NCBI GenBank assembly: GCA_951406725.2
Contig: OX597821.1
Span: 4,588,001-4,652,000 of the forward strand
Source: Octopus vulgaris
Lineage: Eukaryota
Direction of reading: 5' to 3'
DNA length: 64,000 nucleotides
Both the position numbers and the translations under genes were made by a program. The notes under the pieces were generated by a model. The model ran no database searches and was not told the origin of the DNA. It worked only from the letters and a program-made list of their open reading frames with translations. Shown here piece by piece: positions 1-14,153 of this stretch. Numbering within the stretch: the first letter of the stretch is position 1; each line of letters begins with the position of its first letter.

Positions 1-85
1 TCATTTTATTATTATTATTATTATTACAATTATTATTATTATTATTAATATTATTATTGTTATTATTATCATTATTTTTATTATA

Positions 86-138
<53 letters not shown>

Positions 139-179
139 AATTATTATTATTATTAATATTATTATTATTATTATTATTA

Positions 180-226
<47 letters not shown>

Positions 227-326
227 CATTATTATTATTATTATTATTATTATCATTTTATTATTATTATTATTATTACAATTATTATTATTATTATTAA
301 TATTATTATTTTTATTATTATCATTA

Positions 327-396
<70 letters not shown>

Positions 397-500
397 TGCT
401 ACTAATACTGCTACTAATACTGCTGCTACAACTATTACTACTACTATTATTACTACTACTACTACTAATAATAATAATAATAACAATAATAATAATAATA
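1..500. repeat. (ATT)n/(ACT)n/(AAT)n compound microsatellite with higher-order duplication
   Basis: Direct reading. The interrupted block tcatttttattatt...acaattatt...aatatt occurs at about 1-60 and again at about 253-310. Confidence 0.97.
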
Positions 501-927
501 AATTACTGATGTATTCCTGCTCATGGTGTTGATGATGAAGATGGGGAAGAATAGGGAAGTAGAGAATGGGGAAGTAGAGGGCAATAATGTTAATGCCGAT
601 GAGAGTGATGTGGAGGATGTTAATGGTGGCTCAGGTGGCGATGGCGATCATTATTTACCAAATAGATGCACGTAATTAATGGACAAGTAAGGAGATATGT
701 AATTGGCAAATATTAGAAAATTTTCTGTATAATTATGATTAGATATAATGACAGTTGTGATGCAACGCCTATCAAAGTCTTGTTGCATGTGACGGTATAA
801 TTACAGAAATTCGATTGGCGCTAAGTCCATTTGTTATTATTATTATTATTATTATTGTTATTATTATTATTATTATTATTAATAATAATAATAGTAATAA
901 TAATAATAATAATAACTATTTAAGCGT

Positions 928-970
<43 letters not shown>

Positions 971-1696
971 CTATCTTTGTGTGCACATGCGTGGGTGCAT
1001 TATTAATGAACGAAGAAATATACTTCAAATATTAAGAACTTGTCATCAAACTTTTTGAAGACAAATTGCCCTTGTTACAGTGGGTTCCTCTTTGGCTAAG
1101 CCTTACGGCAGAGTTTTTCGTACTCTTTCCTTTAAATCTGGATTGCCCTAGCAGATCAGCGATCAAATTTGGCCCTCGTCATGACAATGTTTTGCTTAGT
1201 TTTATTCTATCTTATTTGAGGTGTAAAATATACGTGCGCAGTCTGGTGGTTATGATGTTGTCCTCAATAAATTGTAATTACGGTTTCGGTTCCCGGTGCC
1301 TTATTTTCTTGATCAAAACTCTTCACTACATGTTCCTCGAGTTCTATATCATCTGTAAGTGAATATCTGCAGTTGCTTTCAGATTAAACCTGCGACGGTT
1401 TTGCGTTCCGTTTGCAACAGTGAGTGTTGTAGTCTCAGTCAATGTTATGCCACGGAAACCGCGGGAATCTCCAGCCTTATGGCACCCTATCACATGACGG
1501 ACCTGAGTAAATTCCAGATGTATTGATTGTTACTCGTATAGAGCAGTTAAAATATTGGATGAAGTGCTTTGCAATATTTGTTCTGTTAGTTTACGTACTA
1601 ACTGCATATTACGCCGAGATATTCGTGGAATTTCACATCTCTGAGAGCAAATATACGACCTACCTGTGAAATGTACATTATTTACCTTTTTTATGC

Positions 1697-1776
1697 CCGT
1701 GGGCATATGGTGTGGTGGTTAAGAGGGCGGGCTACTAATCCCACGATTCCATGTTCGATGCTAGGCAGTAACCGGG

Positions 1777-1833
<57 letters not shown>

Positions 1834-1972
1834 TCGAAAAATACCTTATGTTAGAAATATCCCCAAGACACATGATGAAGGCTGGAGGGTATGTCAGCCG
1901 AAACAAAATAAGGACAAATATCCGTCAAATGTAAATAATGTACATAATTTCTCATCTCTTAAAATATAGAAC
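1697..1972 (+). mobile_element. tRNA-headed SINE-like element with internal (AAT)n and hammerhead-like 3' module
   Basis: The head has A-box-like TGGTGTGGTGG and B-box-like GTTCGATGC. (AAT)n lies at 1778-1831. The tail 1872-1972 is homologous to 40859-40987. Confidence 0.65.
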
Positions 1973-2324
1973 TATATTACATGTGAAATATTTTTGTTAT
2001 TATCAAAAATTTTATTTCTTTTCAAAACTTCTGGTTCAGTGACTATATATGTAAATTTGAGGTTAGGGTATAAACATAGTATTCAGATTGCCAGACAAAG
2101 TAACTTGTACATTCGTTGCGGCACTTTGCTATTTCCGTTGAAATGCAACAGAGGGCAACTTTGTTTTTGTTTCTTTTTAGGACTATAAAATATCTCTAGG
2201 ATCCAGAAAATGGAACACACTTTATCGATTAACATTTTACCCCGAATTTCGTTTCTATTTAAAGAAAGAAGTTCTTATCATTAGAAAAACAGAAAAAACA
2301 AATTATTTCGGGAAATATTTACAT

Positions 2325-2364
<40 letters not shown>

Positions 2365-2394
2365 GGGGGGGGTCTGTGTTTACATTTTATTGAG

Positions 2395-4430
2395 ATCTTC
2401 ACTGGTACATTCCAACTGTAGTCCTTTTTATTATGAGTGGCTGTGCTTTCTACCATATTGTGAGTTTTTATTTCTTCATCCTTGAGATTATTCTTCCAAC
2501 GGATTTAATTATAGTGTGTTCCAGCTACAACGGAATGTCTCATCGGTAGATAATACCGTCATGACATTTTCAGATAACTGCTTATGATGTGGGTGATATC
2601 TTCTGTGTGAACTCCACAATGTCTGCCTCAGTTGCCACATTTTACGGATTTTCTTGCATCTCTATCCCTTTTATGCATCAGGTATTTGGTCGATATTTCC
2701 TGTTCCTGGATTGCTAATGTATACCCTTCAAAATGGGAGGTAGTAATCCGGCTATTGGTCTTTGATAAACTGCTTTGATGATCGATGTTCCTATCACCAG
2801 GAAGCTGTGTACTAACATATCTATGCTTAGGCTCATCCTTTCAGTTTCTTTGGGCATGTATTCTGAATACATGCTTTGGGCATGTACTCAGATAAAGAGT
2901 GTTACTGAAGGGGCTATCTTCCAAGTCTTATGTAATCAGCCTCGTGTATGCAAAGTTGGTCAAGGGAGGCACTTGACTCGAAACTTGGTGGTTAAAAGAT
3001 GTTGCGAAAGGGATGTGATGCGACATTCAAAGGCATTTTGGATCGATGTTAAGCTTTTGCCGCCTTGCTTTCGTTTTAGGTAGATACGGGCTACGTCACT
3101 ATTTCTGGAAATTATGTATGCTTGTTAGTATTTTTCAGGTTTTCACATCAATGGCTCAGATCTCATCAAGCAACGGAAATGTTGGTAGGAGTACTGGCAA
3201 TGCAAACACATTGGGGGGAGGTCCTGTTTTATTGACTGCAAGGAGTTCTGAGGTGCACATTTTCTTTATTCGACTGTAATATTTTTTAGTGACACGTTTT
3301 ATGTTACAAATGCCATTGTAAGATATATTTTTATCTACTGCTAAATACCTCTAACATTCCTCGTCAGATACAAAGTAAACAGTCAAATCATTGATGGAGA
3401 TGTTACTATTCTGGATTATACTTTTCCCACACTACATTTATTCTGACCAAAACACAAACCTACATCCTTTGAGAATATTATAACTAGGTCAAGACTCTTT
3501 TTCATCTCATGCATATTCTTTCCATAAAGAGTTAAGTCATCCACAAAGAAACAGTGTGTAATTTTGGTATTTCTGTTTCCTTGTGAACCAGTGAAATAGC
3601 CTTCAGACTTCTTTGACATGAATGACAAGGAATTTACAGAAAGTATAAACAACATCTCAGAGTGGCTGTCTCCTTGGAATATGCCTTTGCGATATTGTAT
3701 TCTATCGGTGATAATACAGTCACTCTTTGTGTTTAATTTCAAGATGGTGGCCCACGATGCAGTCGGTTCAGCTATGGCTTTGATTATTCTCACTGGAACT
3801 TTAGCAAGTTGAAGGGCTTCTAGCATCCTTGAGCGGGGGACAAATTCAAAGGCTTTTTTGTAGTCTAGCCACATTGAAACTATTTTCTTCCTGTACTCTC
3901 ACACCTCTGATATCTCAATTTTCTTGATTAACAATTGCTACCGGCCCATCCCCAGGATCCCCTCTTCCCAGCTGCTTGTTCTGTTGTGATAATGTTATTG
4001 GTTTCACAATGCTCCTAGAGGAAGGGTTTTAAACATGCTGTATATATTTTATACATTAATTTCTGGCATGCAATTGGCCGGTAGGTGTCTGCCATGTCAG
4101 TGGTGACTTTGAGGATCAATTTTGTCTCTGTCAGTGCTAACCGGTGTGGTATGCTACTGTTTCCAATGAAAGCTTACTGGTACAGATTGATAAGATATGT
4201 TTGGTAGAATGTTTGCTTCTTGTACCAATATCCCACGATGAAGTCTCTTCCAGGTGCCTTTCCATCCTGGAGTTTCTGGATCACAGTTGCAAGAGTTTCA
4301 CCATAAATGATGAATCACTTGGATGTAACGCAGGAGCAATAACTTTTTCGGATTTCTTCCAGCTACAGAGCGTATCAGTTAAATTCCTTTTGGAAGACCT
4401 AGTAGGATTTTCTATCTATTCAAATATATA
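2395..4430 (-). mobile_element. Degenerate R4/Dong-like (RLE-type) non-LTR retrotransposon: RT plus CCHC knuckle
   Basis: ORF 3416-3874 contains WLDYKKAF, GIFQGDS and FFVDDLTLY (RT motifs). Downstream HCGVHTEDITHII...RH is a zinc-knuckle remnant. Frameshifts and stops are present. Confidence 0.9.
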
Positions 4431-4767
4431 GGTTATTAACTGTAAAGGACCTCACTACCTTGAAACTAAAGATTTTGACAGAGTGGTACAAAGAAAAGAC
4501 AAGGTATCTACATATTTGCAAGCGGGCATAGAAACAATCTCGTCGTTTTCGTTACGTTGTGACAGCTTCAATGAAAGAGACAACTGCAAAATTACCACCA
4601 AGTCCTCGTTTACAGCGGATTGTACTGCGGCAACATCTTATGAAATGCATTGTCCAATGACTCAAATTGCTTTTCCGCTCTATATATCACATCTATATGA
4701 GTTCTGAAAAAATATGCAATGGTTTTCGTTTTAAGGAATATTATGCATAAATCTTATAACTATATTC

Positions 4768-5180
4768 GTAGGCATGGCTGTATGGTAAGACGCTTGCTTC
4801 CCAATCACGTGTTTCCGAGTTCTGCATGGGCCCTTGAGTGAGTATCTTCTGCTATGGCCTCGTGCCGACGAAAGACTGGTGAATAGATTTGGTAGGCGGA
4901 AACTAAGAGAATCCTGTCGTATATACATATGTATATATTTATATGTATTTTCGTGTATGTGTTTGTCCCCACCCCCGCCGTCGTTTGGCAACCGATGGTT
5001 GTTTGTTTACGTCTCTGTAACGTAGTGGTTCGGCAAAAGCGACAGATAGATTAAATAACAAGCTTAGAAAAAATAAATCCTGGGATCGACCTCTTCGACC
5101 ACCACCCTTTGAGACGGTGCTCCAGCATGACCTTTGTCAAATAACGGAAACCAGGAAACGAATGAAAGAATAAAAGAATA
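4768..5180 (+). mobile_element. SINE family A, diverged full-length copy
   Basis: Colinear with 58977-59400: tRNA-like head, central microsatellite and AAAAGAAT-type tail. Confidence 0.85.
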
Positions 5181-6261
5181 ATTGTTTTGCTGTATTTATT
5201 TCTGAAAATAGGAACTGGCATGAACATATACAGATTACTTTCGCTTTATCACATAAGCATATATTTGTAATGTAGTAGCAGAGACTTCACGTGCAAAACC
5301 TTGGTGATGAATACTGAACGAACGTATTTATTTGAAAAAAATGCATTAAGAAATTTAATTCTGTCTTTCTATAATTTAATTTCTATCCATGCATTTTGTC
5401 TTTGATAATATAGATATTTGTGCACAGACGGCTTAAATAGAACACAGCAACGAAAATGTTGCTAATCTATAAATTCTTGACAATTCCCTTACTATATAAA
5501 CATAATTGAATAGAATCTCCCGATTCATTCTTAATTAAACTTCATAAATATATACTCTTATATATATATGTGCGTGTGTGTGTGTGTGTGCGTATATATA
5601 TGTATGTATATATGCATGTATACATACATATATATATGTATATGTATATATGTATATATATGTATATATACATATGTATGTATTTATGAATGTATATGCA
5701 TATGTATATACGTATAATGTTCTATTTACCTTCCATGGATCTACAAACAATTAATTAAATCATGAAAATGTGCGATCCTAATTAAGTCTGAATTTAATTT
5801 CCCTTTGATGATTAATACGAATTTGGAAGACAAAGGAGCCACAGAGGAATCCTTATTTTCTTGCTTCTACTGCTATGAATAGTGACAACATATCCTCAGT
5901 GTCATGTTATTTATTCGTTTACTGTTTAATTTTTCTGGTTTTGCTTTTGTTTTTTTTTGTTCTTTTAGAACATGAAGTATACAAAGGATACACGAAGTCA
6001 TTGGTGATAATGAGTGACCTACATAGATTAATCTGGCGATTTATTTTCATAGTCAGGTTAACCGGAGGCTAAACAACAAAATCCTTAAATATCAAACGCC
6101 AAGTTTCTTAAGCTACTGAAAATACTAGACAAATCTCCCTGCAACAGTACGCCTCTGTCTTAAAGAAAAACCAGACAGGCTGATTATCTTTTTATAGTTA
6201 CACTATGTCGGTAAAAATATTATTATACGCATCATCAAAGGAACGAGCTTCTTAGCGACAT

Positions 6262-6420
6262 TTATTCGTCTTAACGTTCGGAGTTCAAATTTCGCCGGAG
6301 TCCACCTTGCCTTTCATCTTTTCGAGGTATATTAAAATAAGTTGAGTATTGGGGTCGATGTAATCGGCTTATTCCCTTCCCTGGAATTTTCTGTATTTGT
6401 TCCAAAATGTAAAACCAATA
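6262..6420 (+). mobile_element. SINE family B fragment
   Basis: gagttcaaatttcgcc...gcctttcatc...ggggtcgatgtaatcg matches the copies at 51165 and 57945. Confidence 0.8.
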
Positions 6421-7144
6421 TATATCCGTCATCACAGATTAACTTCGTGGCATTATCAACGTGTAGACAACAAGAACTGCAATGTCAAATGTCATATGAT
6501 TTGAAGTATAATTATAAGCCCAATTGCGGATGACAGCGAATCAATTTTGAAAAAGTAGGAATTTTAAATCTAAATGTAGCTTAGATATGTAAAATAAATT
6601 CGTATGTAACGATATAACAGTCTTTATAACTTAAATTCTATATCAGAAGAAGCAGTGGCCTTGTAAATTTTGCATTTGAATGTAATACATTTTGTGCAAA
6701 ACTTTTAAGTTCCTGGTTGATCTGAGGCTCTCGCGCACACTCATATGCACATATACAAATTCAACAATAGTATCTCGTATGTAAGCCACATAATTTTCGA
6801 GGATTAATATACCATCCGTTTGTACAGCAATATTAATGTTTCTACTTATGATATACACGAGTGAGAATGTCACACACACACATTAGTAATAGTATAATAA
6901 TCTTTATGTAGCATTATCTTGACAGTGTCACATGGCTGGTCACCTTTTCATTTACAAATGCAGCCCAGTCGATAATCTTCTACGCTTGTCTAATTGCCAG
7001 ACTTCATTGCCAAAGTTTAGGCTGATTAAAGTCTATAAAACAGCCATTTGCCGAAAAAGAGACTCGATATTGCATAGCGAAATGAAAGGCTAAGCAGGCT
7101 GAAATTTCAAAGTCGATATCTTGTTAGTAGTTTTATTAAACGAA

Positions 7145-7440
7145 GCCGTTGTGGTATGGTAAGATTCTTTTCCCCAGCAACACGGTTCCAGGTTCAGTTC
7201 ACCTGCGAGGAAACATCCGTGTTCCATGCTAGCATGGGTGGGACGGTATCACAAAAGGCGGCCATTCCGAAGTCTGCACCAGACTTGTGTGACTGTTTTG
7301 GCAGTGTTTTTGCAGCTGGATGCCCTTCCAAAGACCAAACACGCAGCAGAGTGGACGTAGGGCTTTTTATGTGGCACAAGCACAGGCGAGTTGAGTAGTA
7401 CGTTTTACGTGACGCAAGTACAGGTGAGGTGAGTTATCAC
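7145..7440 (+). mobile_element. SINE family A head fragment joined to an RTE-tail-like repeat remnant
   Basis: gtggtatggtaagattctttcccagcaacacggttccaggttcagt resembles the family A head. gctggatgcccttcc resembles RTE-type 3' ends in reverse orientation. Confidence 0.45.
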
Positions 7441-7664
7441 ATTCGCCTGTCTATAAACGAAAGCTCTGAGGAGACATATATATGTGCATTTGTATTGTTT
7501 TTAAATTAACTAAGATATATAAATCGAAACGAATTATTGGAAATTTTGGTTTTTTTGAATGATATTTTGTTATCTTATATTATATTATATTCATAGTATA
7601 TTATGCTATATTATAATATAAATAAAATATTGGATTGTCAATTGAATGATTCTGTTTCATTTAT

Positions 7665-7836
<172 letters not shown>

Positions 7837-8916
7837 TTATAAATCTATATACATATATATACATGTTTGCGTATGTGTGCGTGTTTGCATGCGTGAAAAC
7901 TACATTAAATCTACCGACAAGTTGATGTTTATGGTTCCTGGTAGTGTATCCGTTCTCTTTTGCATAATATTCTGAATCAATGCATATACATATTCAAATG
8001 CAGGTGCCTGTGTGTATGTGTTCGTGTGTATTTGTGTGTGTGAGTATGTGTCTCTGTCTCAGTCTGTGCGCGCTTCAGTAGAAGTGTTGCTGTGAACATA
8101 CAACGTAAGAAAGACAGCTATACTGATCTAAGATATATAGAAGTGCGGTGGGTGGACTAAATTGTTCACTCTCATATCGAATCAAGACTAACAAAATATA
8201 TTAAAAAAAGAATAAAAATGAAAAAATTCAATGGAAAAGAAATGGAAAAATATTCCTCACAGAAACGTATGAAAACATTAAAAAAAAAATTACATTCATT
8301 TTGGATGTATCTGTTTTGTAAAAACTGAAACTAAAGGAGTGTGAGCAATGATTTAAGATTATGGACATGCGGATATTAAATAAGTGAAAGTGCCTAGAAA
8401 ATAAATCGTAATTAAAATGACAATGCTAGTATGACACACTGTAAACATAAGCATAAAGCATATGGGGAGACCAAGGCTATCTTTTATGCAAGTTTTTTAA
8501 TAGACATGACGTGTATAAGTAAACGAAAAAATATATATAAAGAAGTTGCTTAAGCTGTAGAGTAAAATGATTTCTTCCGCTTACAATTGCCGATATCTGG
8601 AAAGAAAAGAAAATATAATGTGAATGAAAAAAAAGAAACGCAAAAATAACTCGGATAACAACAAATTATCGTTCTTGGAAACAGAAATAAAAATATGAGA
8701 CGTAAACAACATGAACAGAAACAAAAACAACAATAACATTAGTAGCAACTTTAATAATGGCAGCAGCGACAAAAAAAGGATCGGCTTTCTCTGAAAAACA
8801 GCATCAAAATAAATGGTTAAAATGAAATACATATCGAAATAGATATCTAACACACACTTAGCTACATGTATATACATATTATACATGCATGAAATACATA
8901 TGTATATTATATATAT

Positions 8917-8963
<47 letters not shown>

Positions 8964-9026
8964 AGAGAGAGAGAGAGAGAGAGAAAGATATATGTATTTA
9001 TGTATATGTATGTATATATGATTATA

Positions 9027-9069
<43 letters not shown>

Positions 9070-9173
9070 CCAATCACATATCCGGTATGTTACAATGTGC
9101 CATGCGTGTGTGTGGGCGCGTGTGTATACTTTTAAGTTTGAGTGTTGTGCTTGTGTGAATGTGTATGTGCATT

Positions 9174-9214
<41 letters not shown>

Positions 9215-9595
9215 GTGCATATAGGTATATTTCAAAAATATTTCATGTACATCTATTATTTTATCTCCACTTTCGACCATTATCTCTTGAATGTTATGTA
9301 TGTCAAAACCCATATCTCTCTCGTCACATTTGGGTTTCTATCCATCTGTAGAAATATACCTCGATCGAAGACACTCAACAACGCTAGATTTAACTATTAC
9401 CGTCCATCAATGTATCCATTTAACATTGCAAGCACAAATTCCACTTAAAGACTTCTTTTTCTATATTCTAATTCTTGATTCCTTTAACTTAACAGCACTG
9501 ACAAATAATATATTAGATATGACGGGTAGTCTCTTGTTTCTCTCGTGAATTTGATATATCAACATATATGGCTCCCACCGAAAACAATTGCTGAA

Positions 9596-9639
<44 letters not shown>

Positions 9640-9815
9640 TACATATGCATGTATATAATATATGTATGTTTATATGCATATATAATATTATATATCATAT
9701 ATATATTATATAATATATATATGTATATATGTTTATTTATATATGTATCAACACAAATGTATATATATATTTATATATATATATACATTTATATTTATGC
9801 TTATTATAAATATAT

Positions 9816-9889
<74 letters not shown>

Positions 9890-10174
9890 TTTGCGAGCAT
9901 ACTCACATATACACAATATATCTTTAAACATATATCCATTGCATGACTAAGTACATACAAATATATAATATATATGTTTATGAGTGTATATATATATGTG
10001 TGTGTGTATGAGTGTTTGTGTAACATATGAGAGAAAGAGAGAAGGAATGGAATTCGGGAGATTCCTTTTTAATCACTACGATCGTTTCGACATTCAGCCT
10101 TTTTTATTAAACGATATATTACAAGTTGTTTAACCATATTCAGTATTACACAAGCGCACACAAATATGTATATT

Positions 10175-10207
<33 letters not shown>

Positions 10208-10560
10208 TATGTGTGTGTGTGTGTGTGGTGTGTGTGTGTGTGTGCGAGAGAGAGAGACTCTATTTTTATTTACGGTTTAACGGATTAACTATCAACATTA
10301 AGAAAAGGAGCTCGTTGTTCCTGCTTTGTAATTCACGACACATTAAGTGAGATGACAAAGGCACATCATGAGCTTGTATTACAGAATTTAATCTCTAATT
10401 AGGCGGCTGCTGCTTTAAAATTGAATTAATAAGCAAGTAATGAGAAGTGATCTCATGAAACTAATTTTAGAAAAGATGATAGGTATATATAGGTTCTATT
10501 GTATCACGAATATACTTGTGCATTATAGTTTCATTCCGGTGTGTATCCTAAGAATTTGAA

Positions 10561-10772
10561 GTTAGATCTGGGATGTAGTTAGATCTGTGATGTAGTTAGG
10601 TTTGTGATGTAGTTAGGTCTGTGATGTAGTTAGGTTTGTGATGTAGTTAGGTCTGTGATGTAGTTAGGTCTGTGGTGTAGTTAGGTTTGTGATGTAGTTA
10701 GGTCTGTGATGTAGTTAGGTCTGTGGTGTAGTTAGGTCTGTGATGTAGTTAGGTCTGTGGTGTAGTTAGGTC
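10561..10772. repeat. 17-bp minisatellite (GTTAGGTCTGTGATGTA), about 12.5 copies
   Basis: Head-to-tail units with single-base variants and no spacers. Confidence 0.97.
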
Positions 10773-11149
10773 TTACAGAACTGTCAATCGGCTTGAAATT
10801 GTCTTCTGAGCATTGATTAACTTATATTTAGAAAAGTAACCCCACGATTCTCTGATATGGATATGGGCAGGCTACTGAAATATCTAACTGAGCAAAAACC
10901 TGTAAGTATTTGACAGGGATTACTACGGTAGAGTAAATGACTTCTGTAGGATATGTGAATAATGTCATAACATATGACATTATTCCAATTTTTTCCCTTC
11001 CAAGCTGACATGTTGAAGACACAGCCACCTTAAATGCTGATATCTATGATTAGAAATTTCATTTGATAAATATCTGTTGTTTAATGAACAAGTCATTGTT
11101 CAAACCTATATTTGGTATCCTGAGGAGTAAAGTGTTATGTAACATATTT

Positions 11150-11990
11150 TGCTATTTACTTAATTGTTTTAAGCATATTTCCAATTAAAGACAATTTCAG
11201 CAATACCGATTAACCGATTCGTCTGCTTTTATTAAGATATTCCGCCCTGCTTAAGTTTCGATTCACAAGTTGATAAGTTTGAATCCATTTTATAAAACTG
11301 GATCTCTCTAAAATATCGTAAATCCTTCATTGCTTTCCGTGAAAACATAATGTTTTAATGAACTGAATATCTTGTTAATTTGTGACGTGTTGTACCTTAA
11401 TATGTATGGGGACATTGCTATCAAATTTATACTTACTTGTACTTGTGGAGACATTCACCCTGGGCGTGTTGAGTCGGCTTCTTCTAGCACCCTCGAGGCA
11501 TCTCGAACCTATGGCAGCCCACGCACGACTTATAATATCAATAGTGATGGTGATAGCCTTCGGAATCTGATCTTGGATTCAACTGGATCAGTAACACTGC
11601 ATTTGTGAGGACATTATCAAAAGACTTGGTGAAAAGTTCAAATTGCGTTAATGGAGTTTGTTTGAATGTTTCTAAGAGCAATGGCTACCGCATGTGATGA
11701 TCTGTCTCTGTGGGAGTCATTTTTTGTCCGTCTTAGGATGATATCAATGTCTTTGGGAATATTCATGAAGCGAAAATAGAATAAATATTCGAGGATAGAT
11801 GATTAAGCGTAATTCTTCTCTGCAGTACTGAAGCGTTCGGTGGACTAGTTATTTTGAGGTTGAAAAACTGTTCAACCTCTTCACCGATCTCGTTAGAAAA
11901 GTACATGAATGCGAAAGAGAAGCGTTTACAGATGAGCGAGACGTTATTTTTGTCGTATTAGTTTGTTGTTTCATTACATATTTATTCGTG
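11150..11990 (-). mobile_element. Penelope-like retroelement remnant (RT thumb plus GIY-YIG endonuclease), heavily degenerate
   Basis: Minus-strand translation across frameshifts gives LVHRTLQYCREELRLI (PLE thumb-like), YKF..CPHTY*GTTRHKLTR..VH (GIY-YIG-like) and LIGIAE. Confidence 0.6.
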
Positions 11991-12505
11991 TTACTACTCT
12001 TATATGTTGACTAGGATGGTCCGAGATTATTCCTCAATGGAATGTAAAATGAATACATAACCATTTTCGATTAAGCAAGGTATCGATTATATTCATAGGA
12101 TGGCCACCGGTTCGTGCTTGAAAACGATGACACGCAGCTCAAAGGGATCAGGTTCCACAAGTATGGGCTTCTAGGCTACGCATGAAGGTTGACACATCTC
12201 ATGCTAAAAACTCGCAACCAAATGAAACAATTAGCTGAAATGCTCGAAGATTTTCAGCTACCGAAGACTAAAGCCGAAACTACTCTAATTGTACTGCTAT
12301 AGTGCTAAACAAAAGAACATATCAAATACTATGTTTAGGAGATTTTCCGACAAAGATTAGTCAACGGTATTGATACCATTCGCAGAGACATACTCAACAT
12401 GAAATTGAAAATTTACACAAATATAATGATGCTACGGTCATATCTATGGAACGACATATACGTGTGTGTGCTCATATCGGCATGAATGTATCTAAGTATC
12501 TATCA

Positions 12506-12565
<60 letters not shown>

Positions 12566-12619
12566 GTATATATGTATGAATATAAGTGTGTATGTATGGA
12601 TGTATGTTTTTATGAATGA

Positions 12620-12654
<35 letters not shown>

Positions 12655-12655
<1 letters not shown>

Positions 12656-12866
12656 AAAATTCAATAAGGGTAGGAATTGATATTAATCAATTAAAACCAC
12701 TGGCCTAGCATATTAAAAACCCCCGAAGATTAAAATATTTTTACATACAAAATTTAAAGGACTGACCACTAAAAGTGGACGGTCAACATGCTAGATATAG
12801 ACGTCAAAATCGCTATTTTCCACGAAGAATGCGTTCTCAAATAAAACCTCAGCACCAACCAAAGCG
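12655..12866 (-). mobile_element. 3' part of the non-coding repeat family whose longer copy carries the hammerhead at 49477
   Basis: The reverse complement aligns with about 49605-49810 (gacgtctat, ttttagtggtc, aaattttgtatgtaaaa, aatcttcgg, aatatgcta, ggttttaattg). Confidence 0.85.
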
Positions 12867-12867
12867 T

Positions 12868-12929
<62 letters not shown>

Positions 12930-13036
12930 GGCATTGTTATACATAAATGCCACACACTAGGAGGCACTCTTACAATCAAAACTACTAAAATAAACATATT
13001 GTTCTCTCGAAGCAAGTCATTTAAAAACAGAATTCA

Positions 13037-13102
13037 GCTGCATAACAACTGTGATTTCGTAATCAGTGCAGTGGTATGTACTCTTTACTCATCAGTGCAA
13101 GC
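13037..13102 (-). ncRNA. Type I hammerhead ribozyme motif
   Basis: The minus strand reads GCU-UGCA CUGAUGA GUAA..AGUACA..UGCACU..UUAC GAAA UCACAGUUGU UA/ UGCA-GC. The core is complete, stems I and II pair, and stem III is weak. Confidence 0.7.
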
Positions 13103-13294
13103 ATAATTCAAGATTTATAATGAATGAACAAAATCAACATACCAGACGAAACACCATCGTGTACAAAGTAGTATCTAAAACTGTTCACCTCTTATACATC
13201 TATGTAAATGGCGGGCTTTTCGAATTGCATTTCGGTCCCAACGTGCCTATTCGAAATAAAAATTCAATATTGAATATGCTCCGGTTAGATTTAC

Positions 13295-13481
13295 AATTTA
13301 AAAATGGGATAAAATCTTCATAAGAATTTATCAAGTAGTTCGCGAGAAAACCTAATAAGAGAAAAAATCCAACAATTTTTTCATTTAAATATATTTATTT
13401 ATATTGGAGGATTTTTTCTCTAATGGGTTTTTCTCACGCTGACTACTTGATAAATTCTCATAAAGATTTTATCCTATTTCT

Positions 13482-13486
<5 letters not shown>
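13295..13486. repeat. Imperfect long inverted repeat (fold-back), arms about 80 bp
   Basis: ggataaaatctt..agaatttatcaagtagt..gagaaaaaatcc versus ggattttttctc..actacttgataaattct..aagattttatcc. Confidence 0.9.
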
Positions 13487-13522
<36 letters not shown>

Positions 13523-14074
13523 GTATATGTATGTATGTATTTATGTATGAATGTATGTAGGCAATTTAGGTAAGTAATTCCAAAGGAAATATATCCCTTA
13601 CAAGCAGGAATACAGGCATGAATTTGTCATGTTTAAGAAACAGTCCAAATTATCGCCATCACGGCAACAAGCTGTTCCTTTTGACTCTATATTTCTCAAC
13701 ATTACATTATATCATATAAACTATATATGTGTATGTCTGTGTGAGTATGTGTATGTGTGTATGTGTATCATTCTATCCGTCTACACACACATACATACAC
13801 ACACACACACATGGGTGTTCAGATGTCTGTGCTTTTTTACATGCCTGAATAAGTTTGACAGTCCAAAGTTATATTAACTTCTAGAGTTGCAATAATTCGC
13901 AGTTCGTTGTAAGTCCCATCTATATTTCATTCTACAACAACTACAACAGAAAATCTCAGATATTGCTACTGCTTCTACAGCCATTTACACGTGAATAGTA
14001 ACAAATAGTAAAACATTATATATATATTTATATATATGTATACATATGTATGTATGTATGTATAGATATGTCTA

Positions 14075-14115
<41 letters not shown>

Positions 14116-14118
14116 CTA

Positions 14119-14153
<35 letters not shown>

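Noticed and set aside
5845-5905. CTGAGGA...GAAA on the minus strand as a hammerhead
   Set aside because: Stems I-III pair poorly, so it cannot be distinguished from chance.
10561-10772. CRISPR-like array
   Set aside because: The units are contiguous with no unique spacers, there are no cas genes, and the context is eukaryotic. It is a minisatellite.
11120-11165. CTGAGGA-GTAAA..TTTAC hairpin as a hammerhead
   Set aside because: There is no GAAA after stem II.
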